From the human T2T-CHM13v2.0 reference genome, Homo sapiens, in the NCBI RefSeq assembly GCF_009914755.1, contig NC_060927.1: DNA of 64,000 nucleotides; one strand, given 5' to 3'. This document shows positions 53,638 through 64,000 of this stretch, piece by piece. Under the pieces are notes generated by a model. The model did not search any database and was not told where the DNA came from. It saw only the letters and a list, made by a program, of their open reading frames with translations. Within the stretch, counting starts at the first letter, position 1, and the number at the start of each line of letters is the position of its first letter. The translations under genes were made by a program, and so were the position numbers.

Positions 53638-53663
53638 CGCGGCGGCCGGCAGTCTGCCTGCAT
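53616..53663 (-). other. Overlapping upstream ORF ([15 protein letters not shown], 15 aa) in the DCBLD2 5'UTR
   Basis: The only ATG between the main start and 54116; 26 nt upstream of and out of frame with the main ATG; TGA at 53618-53616 lies inside the CDS. Confidence 0.7.
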
Positions 53664-55802
53664 AGTGCGGGTGCCTCGGCAGCCCCGCGCGCCTCTGGCC
53701 GCGGCACCCGACCAGGAGACGGCGGCAGCGGCGGGAGAACAAGAGGCAGCCCTCGCCTCACCCCGCGCCGGGACCCTTCCGCCCCTCACCCCGCTTTCAC
53801 CTACTCCTCCTTCGTCCCTTCCCTCCGCTCCCCGCGCCGAGACCCCAGGCCGGAGCGCAGGGGAGGGGAGGGAAGGAAGCGGAGTCCTCGAGCCGCGGAG
53901 GACGGCCGCGGCGGAGCTAAGGAACGTGCCTCCCGCGCCGCGCTCCTCACCAGGGTCGCCGCTCGCCGCGCTCACCCGCGGCTCCGGCTAGCTGGCAGGC
54001 AGGCCCGCAGCCAGCTCCCTCGCGCTCCCTCTCGCGCGCGCCGGCCACGCCCCCTAGGCACCGCGGCCAATCCTCGGCCAGCTCTGGTCCGTCTCCTTCC
54101 GCGAAACCCAATCAGCATGCTCGCTCCTCGCTCGACCCGCTAGTTCTCCGGCCCATTCCTCGAGCTCCACCGCCCCTTACCTCCCTCTTCCAATCCCCTT
54201 CGGCCTTTGGAGGCGTCCCACCCGCCTCCTCCAATCCAGGTCCCGCCCTCCAGCTTCGGATCCCCGCGGCCCCCGCCCGGCCCGGGCGCCTGTTATTGTT
54301 GGGCCCTCAGCCCAAACTGATCCCGCAGAGGCGGCAGCCAGCTCGTCAGTGACTTCCGGGACGTCCCCCATCCCGCGCTCCCTGCTCCTCAGGCCCAGCT
54401 TGCTCCTTGCTCCTTTCTCCTCGCTCCTCCGACGCACATCAGACCACTGGAAGGGGGTGGGAAACCTGGATCCTGGGTTGTTTTAGCTGGGAGCTGAGTC
54501 TAAGGGACTTTTTTTTTTTTTTTAATGGCAGAGCGTGGCTTGTTTTGTTAAAACTGCCGCCAGTTGTTGCAACAGCTCCGAGTTAAAATAATAGATGCAG
54601 TGTTCAGTTTTTAATATATGTGTTCCCTGTTTTCTCTGCTCTTTTTATGGCGGGGGGTGGGGGACAAAAAAGTGTAAAACAAGATCCGTGCCGCAAAGGC
54701 AATTTAAACCTAACATCCCAACCTTCATGCAGCCATTCTACAAGGAGTTGTTGAGCACCTGCTGTCTATCTACAGAAATCTTGAAATGTGGAACAGAGAT
54801 GGAAATATAGCATGCAAGTCAGAATGAAGTAAGTGCTAATTAGAGTCACAAGCAGTTTGATGGAGACTGTAAGCCTATGGAACGACAAAAAGAATTTTAG
54901 GAAAGAGGAATGCAGAGGTCTACGCAGTGATTTATTTTAGAAGAGAGTGGCCATGTAGGATGTTTTTAACAGCAGTCCCTGAAAGGACAATGGTGTCATT
55001 AGCAAATACAAAAAACTGCTAAGGTGGAACAAGTTGTGTGGGAAAGTAAGTTAATTTTGGACGTATTGAATTTGAGATGCCAACTTAGATAATAAGTGAA
55101 GCTATGTAACAGGCAGATGGATATTTTAGTCGAAAGCTCAGATTGAGAGCTTTGAAATTATGGCTCTGGGAGTCATACATAGCCATACATGTATACATAT
55201 ACATATGTATACATAGTCATACATAGATGTGATATTCAAAAACATGGAAGGGACTGATATCCTTCAATGAAAGTCTAAGTTGGAAAGGACTTTGGAGGTC
55301 GTATGTTTCAACTCCCCTGCATATTTCTTATACAATAATCTCTTTAACCAAATTTATTCAATTAGCATTTATTAAATGCCTAAGAAACCCTATTATGCTC
55401 TAAGCCATTGTGGGCATTGGGCATAAAAAGTTTACTGAGAAGAACTTACATTCTGGAGGAGGAGGTGACATGTAAACAAACCTATTGTTATTAGTGCCCT
55501 GTTAGAGGTGTGGACTGGTGCCACAATACCACAGTGAACGGAGTTCAAAAAAACCCGTCAGTTTGAAATGCCAGTGTCTTGAATAAGAAACTAAAGTGAA
55601 AAAGGTGATCTCAGGCCAGAGGCAAAATAGGCTGGGTCACAGGCTCAATAGGGAATGGTGTTGATGGAGCTGGATTGACTACTGCTGACGTAATGGGAGG
55701 AACTGGAGACTAGTCTGGAAAAGTTAGGAGGGGCAAGATGTAAGGCAAGCTAAGAGTCAAGATTTTATTTTGTATCACTGGAAAATAACTAAAGGGTTCT
55801 AA

Positions 55803-56140
<338 letters not shown>

Positions 56141-57810
56141 ATTATCAGGTTTTTATTGTAAAAACCCCAATCAGCCAGTAGGGTGAGGAATACATTGGTG
56201 TAAGAGCAAGACTGGAAGCCAGGGAGAGCCAGTCTGCAGTTAAAGGGAGTGATGGTGAGTTTTTAGTGCATTAAAAGTGGGCTTGGGAAGGCGGGACCAA
56301 CTAGGGGAATATTTTTAAACTTGGTGACTGATTATGTGGAGTGTAAGGAGTTGAGGAAGTCTCCAGGTTTCTGGTAGAAGGTGATGTCTTTCCCACAGTA
56401 AGGAGTACAAGAAGGAGAATTGGTTTGGTTGGATAAAGAAGTAGAAGTTAAAAATCATAAATTCAGAATTGAACCTATCAGACATGATGTGCTAATGTGG
56501 CAAGCAGTCAGTCATGAAATAAGATTTCTAGTAATAGTGCCTGAGACAACCTATTTCATGTTGAATCACTCCTTTCATAGGACCATTGAAAGAGAAGCTT
56601 GAGGTCACAGATGTGGTGGCAGAGCAAGGTAGTGTGAATCTTAGCCTGGCATTCTATTGACTACATAGAACTGTGGCAGAGGCAGAGAATTCATCTAAGA
56701 ACTAGCACAGTTATGGAGCATTTCTGGAAGAGGCAAAATTTGGTCTCTAGCAACCCCTACCCCTTTAATATAGCAGGAAAAGATCCCGACTACATACGTG
56801 TAAAGCAAGAGGAAGGAGCACTTACATTTCTCATCACTGTTTTACTTACTGTCTAGTGTTTTAAAGTTGTTAAAAGTAGAGACTAGAGAGGTGAAGAGGT
56901 TCTGAATTAGGTCACTGGCAGGGAAAAAGAGAGGGAGGTGGGAGCAAGTTGGAGTTATATTTAAAGCAGCAAAATCAGAAGGTCTTAGTGACTGATGCCA
57001 TTTGACTATTTCTGTGTTATTTTATGCCTCAGCTTCCGGAGTTTCGCTTTGGAAGACAGGGTCTGGAAGTCTGGCTAGAGAACATTTGTGGTGCCCCCTA
57101 TTGCTTTATGTATATAGAAAATTACAAATATAGCACAGATGTGGGAGAGGATTGATGCTGTTGCACCCATATTCTCTCTTCTGATTATTGTCTCTCTACT
57201 TAGTTGCCAAACAATGACAGAAGGCTGCTCTGAAATGATCAAAATTTTCTCCTGGGACCTCACACCAAAGGAATATAATAGGCATTCATTTCTAAGACAA
57301 TGCGGGTAAAGTGGAATTCTAGTTTATATTACCTTTCTTATTCTCTGCATGCTGCTCTAGACAACTTTGTCATGATCCTTGCTTCTGGGGACTTGGTTTG
57401 TTTGGGGAATGACATCTTATGAGGCAGTGGGAGCAATACTTGTCCAGGACCATTTTACCCATGCAACCCAGATGCATAACCCAGGGGCAGAACTGGGGAT
57501 TCTAATCAAGTCTCAAAGTGGATAGGTTTGGAGAGGGCCATCATTGTAGCACATAGAGGCTCCAAGAAGCTACAGTTCCTCCACAAGGCAAGCCCAGGTT
57601 CTGGCTTCTTTTTACAGGGTTTCAAAAGTGTGTATTATTTTATTGTATTTCTGGTTGTTTACTCTACATTAAGATATTTAAAAATAAAAATAGATTCTCA
57701 ACCTAAATTTTAATTTACCAGCTCTTTCTCCTCTTTTTATCTTTTATCTCTCTTCCTCTTTTTCTCATTCTTTATTTCATGTTTCTTAATCAGTAAAGAA
57801 TGGAAGAATA

Positions 57811-58440
<630 letters not shown>

Positions 58441-60795
58441 CTATAGGGAAAAGGGGAAATATAAAAAGAATAGTTACATTTTACTATTCCTACTTTCAAA
58501 TGAATCCAAGCTCAGCCAACTGCTAAGGAAATTAGAATGTAGGAAAAGAACCTGGGGGCTGGTGCCTTTGTTTCTGTCTGTGCAGAAACATCTGGGTTTC
58601 AATGAAATGGTACCGTAAGAATCATTTGGCACCCATCATTGCTATTAAATGTCTGTTAGCATTAATGAAACAAAAGAGGCTCATTAAAAATGGCATTTAT
58701 ACTGGAAACCTTAGGAGGATGGTATGTAATGAATCATTGGTGAGCTTTATCAGTGACTGTGTATTTTTGGCAGGATAACAGAAAGAGGGAATGAACAAGA
58801 ATGTACTTTTGTGATCTTCCAGTGGGGTAGGAGAGAAAGAAGATTGTGGCAGTTCTGGGAAAATACTTCAAACATCAAAGACCAGAGCCTTAAGATCTGG
58901 TTACTGTTCTCACAGGAGCATTTTCTTTGTCCTGTTGACTGTTTGGGAAAATGTTTACAGCCAACTTTGCTGCTAAATGTCTGAATTCCGCTGAAGACAC
59001 TTTCTTTCTGTGAACAGAAGTGTTTTGGACACATTTTTCTCTTTATCTTGTATGCTTTTTTCAGTTACTTATTTCAGTCAACTCTCCTAAGTTTATTACT
59101 CATATTTTCTTAACACTTATAAACTTTTTAAAAGATATTTGTTATAGCAAATTTAAGGCAAAAGTGCCAGAAATCTAATTTATTATAGAAGGTATTTAAT
59201 TTCTGCCAGTGGATGATAATGTTAAATATTTCTCTTAAAAGATTAACATTTGTATATATCAGCAACATGACTAACTTTTAGCATTTTCCATTTGCATCTT
59301 CATCTACTGCAACCATCTTACTCTCTTTCTCTCTCTCCATCTCTTGCCCCAGTCTCTCTCACACTCTTGGTTTTTCTAGGAACTTTAGGAAATTAACCAA
59401 TTCATTTTCTTATGGGTCATGACAAGAAGAAGGCTTCAGTCTAGTATTTTATCTCTGATGGAGATTTCAAAGGATTTTAGTAAAAGCATGTGAAAACTGC
59501 CTTCCATAACATTATTATCATGCCTAGAAATTAGGAAATTAATTATACATGGATGGTTAACATAGCAGTAAAATGTGAATAGTGACCATGCTAGTATATC
59601 TGAGATAATATGATTTAGGTAACCTGCAGGCCTCCCCTGCTATATGCCTGTATCCTTTCCTGTGGGACTTTTGCTGGCAACGCAGTTGAGAATTAGATGT
59701 ACAGAGTTGAAATGCTCTTTGGATTCTGAGAAATTAAGTTTTGTGAGATAATGGAAACAGCCCTAGATAAGACTCTTGTATACAATTTCTGCTTGAAAGT
59801 GCTATATAACCTCCAGCAAGGCTCCTAATCTCTCTAGACCTCAGTTTCCTTGCCCATAACAGAAAATGATGGGATCCTATTCTAAATCTGAAGTTTGATA
59901 ATACTTCCAAATTTTCTTTATTCACATCTCCCTTTCACCTCACGTCAAATTCTAAGTCTTCAGTTCCCAGATTTCTACCTAATGAGGAGGGAAAAGAACC
60001 AAACGCTGATAACTACAGAATTGGTCTCTGGGAAATAATTGTCTTTGCTGAACACCAGTGCACCTTAAAGGGTGTGTTTGATTTGGAAAATAATCCTCAG
60101 GTCCCCCAACTGCATCCCAGCAATGTCTTAATGAATGGAGGCTATATGAATAGCCCCAGTTTTATTCTGTGAAAGAAGCGAACAGAACCTTGGACAGGCA
60201 GGGTAACCTTTTCAGAGAGGAGATGGGGCCAGGTCAGAGGAAATAAAGCTGGTTAGCAACTTGGCAGGAAGCTGGAGCTTCAGAGATGTAAGAAATATAA
60301 TTTCCCACTCATTTCAATGCAAAGATGCTTTAAAAATAGGGATATCTAATAAATAATTTCAAGGTGTTTGCTATATATGCTATACTGTAATCTTCCCCTT
60401 GCCTTCCTCCCAAACTCTTCATTAAGTTTACTACAATCACAGCCTTGATTGGGGGAGACTTTGGGCACTGTGAGTGGAGGACATGCCTATTTCCACATAA
60501 ACAAGGGCAGCATCAGCAGGTGGTGAAATGAAAGCATGGATCAAGGATTCAGAGGAAGCAGAAGACTACTATAACTAGAGATTTTGAGAAACTTAAATCT
60601 TCACACCACTCCCCACTCTCTTGACAAGAAACTAGGTTCCCATCCCTATATAAGTCAGGATGTTTGAACCATAGCAAGCTAGAGGATTTGGAATCGTCCA
60701 GGCAAGTGACATCTTTCACACTAGGATAAGCAAATAATAATATAATAATTCAAATTTTTATTTTCTAAGAACGAAGAGAATAGAATTGAAATTGG

Positions 60796-60901
60796 GTGCT
60801 CACTTCGGTGGCACATATACTAAAATTGGAACAATACAGAGATGATTAGCATGGCCCCTGCACAAGGATGGCACGCAAATTTGTAAGCATTCCATATTTT
60901 T
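60796..60901 (+). pseudogene. U6 snRNA retropseudogene (full length), 5' part of a U6-L1 chimera
   Basis: GTGCTCACTTCGGTGGCACATATACTAAAATTGGAACAATACAGAGATGATTAGCATGGCCCCTGCACAAGGATGGCACGCAAATTTGTAAGCATTCCATATTTTT matches U6 with about 10 differences, several of them CpG transitions. Confidence 0.96.

Positions 60902-64000
<3,099 letters not shown>

Larger units (their letters stand above)
53180..54440. promoter_or_regulatory. CpG island / DCBLD2 promoter and 5'UTR
   Basis: Very GC- and CpG-rich stretch in an AT-rich background spanning exon 1. CCAAT motifs near 54067, 54108, 54190 and 54232; GC boxes (CCGCCC) near 54170, 54243 and 54273; ETS-like ACTTCCGG near 54352. Confidence 0.9.

Noticed and set aside
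53181-54437. Long ORFs (289 aa, 148 aa, 134 aa on +) antisense to exon 1
   Set aside because: CpG-island artefacts: low-complexity R/G/P/A composition, several with non-ATG starts
60796-60901. U6 copy as a functional snRNA gene
   Set aside because: About 10 mutations, no recognisable upstream PSE/TATA, and direct fusion to L1

Overview
Human (or great-ape) genomic DNA containing the 5' half of DCBLD2 (ESDN/CLCP1, a neuropilin-like CUB-LCCL-FV/VIII receptor) on the minus strand. It includes the CpG-island promoter and coding exon 1 (53433-53637, very long signal peptide), exon 2 (33854-34081) and exon 3 (1748-1885); exons 2 and 3 together encode the CUB domain. About 10 kb of upstream sequence follows. 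Almost all other ORFs in the track are decayed L1/Alu/LTR frames. Intron 2 holds a deeply nested stack of transposable elements. Most notable observations: (1) two independent small-RNA/LINE-1 chimeric retrocopies, a U3 snoRNA(1-75)-L1 chimera with TSDs at 20724-24509 and a full-length U6-L1 chimera from 60796; (2) an inverted pair of L1PA 3' ends about 0.85 kb apart that share several non-consensus variants, suggesting gene conversion and a long pre-mRNA hairpin; (3) exons 2+3 form a 366-nt phase-symmetric, stop-free module, so a back-spliced circle would carry an endless ORF of tandem CUB domains; (4) a single out-of-frame uORF overlapping the start codon that could redirect initiation to Met47 (long versus short signal peptide); (5) a sense-oriented LTR12 and an L1 antisense promoter both pointing at exon 3. 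Repeat subfamily calls come from recalled consensus sequences and were not computed.
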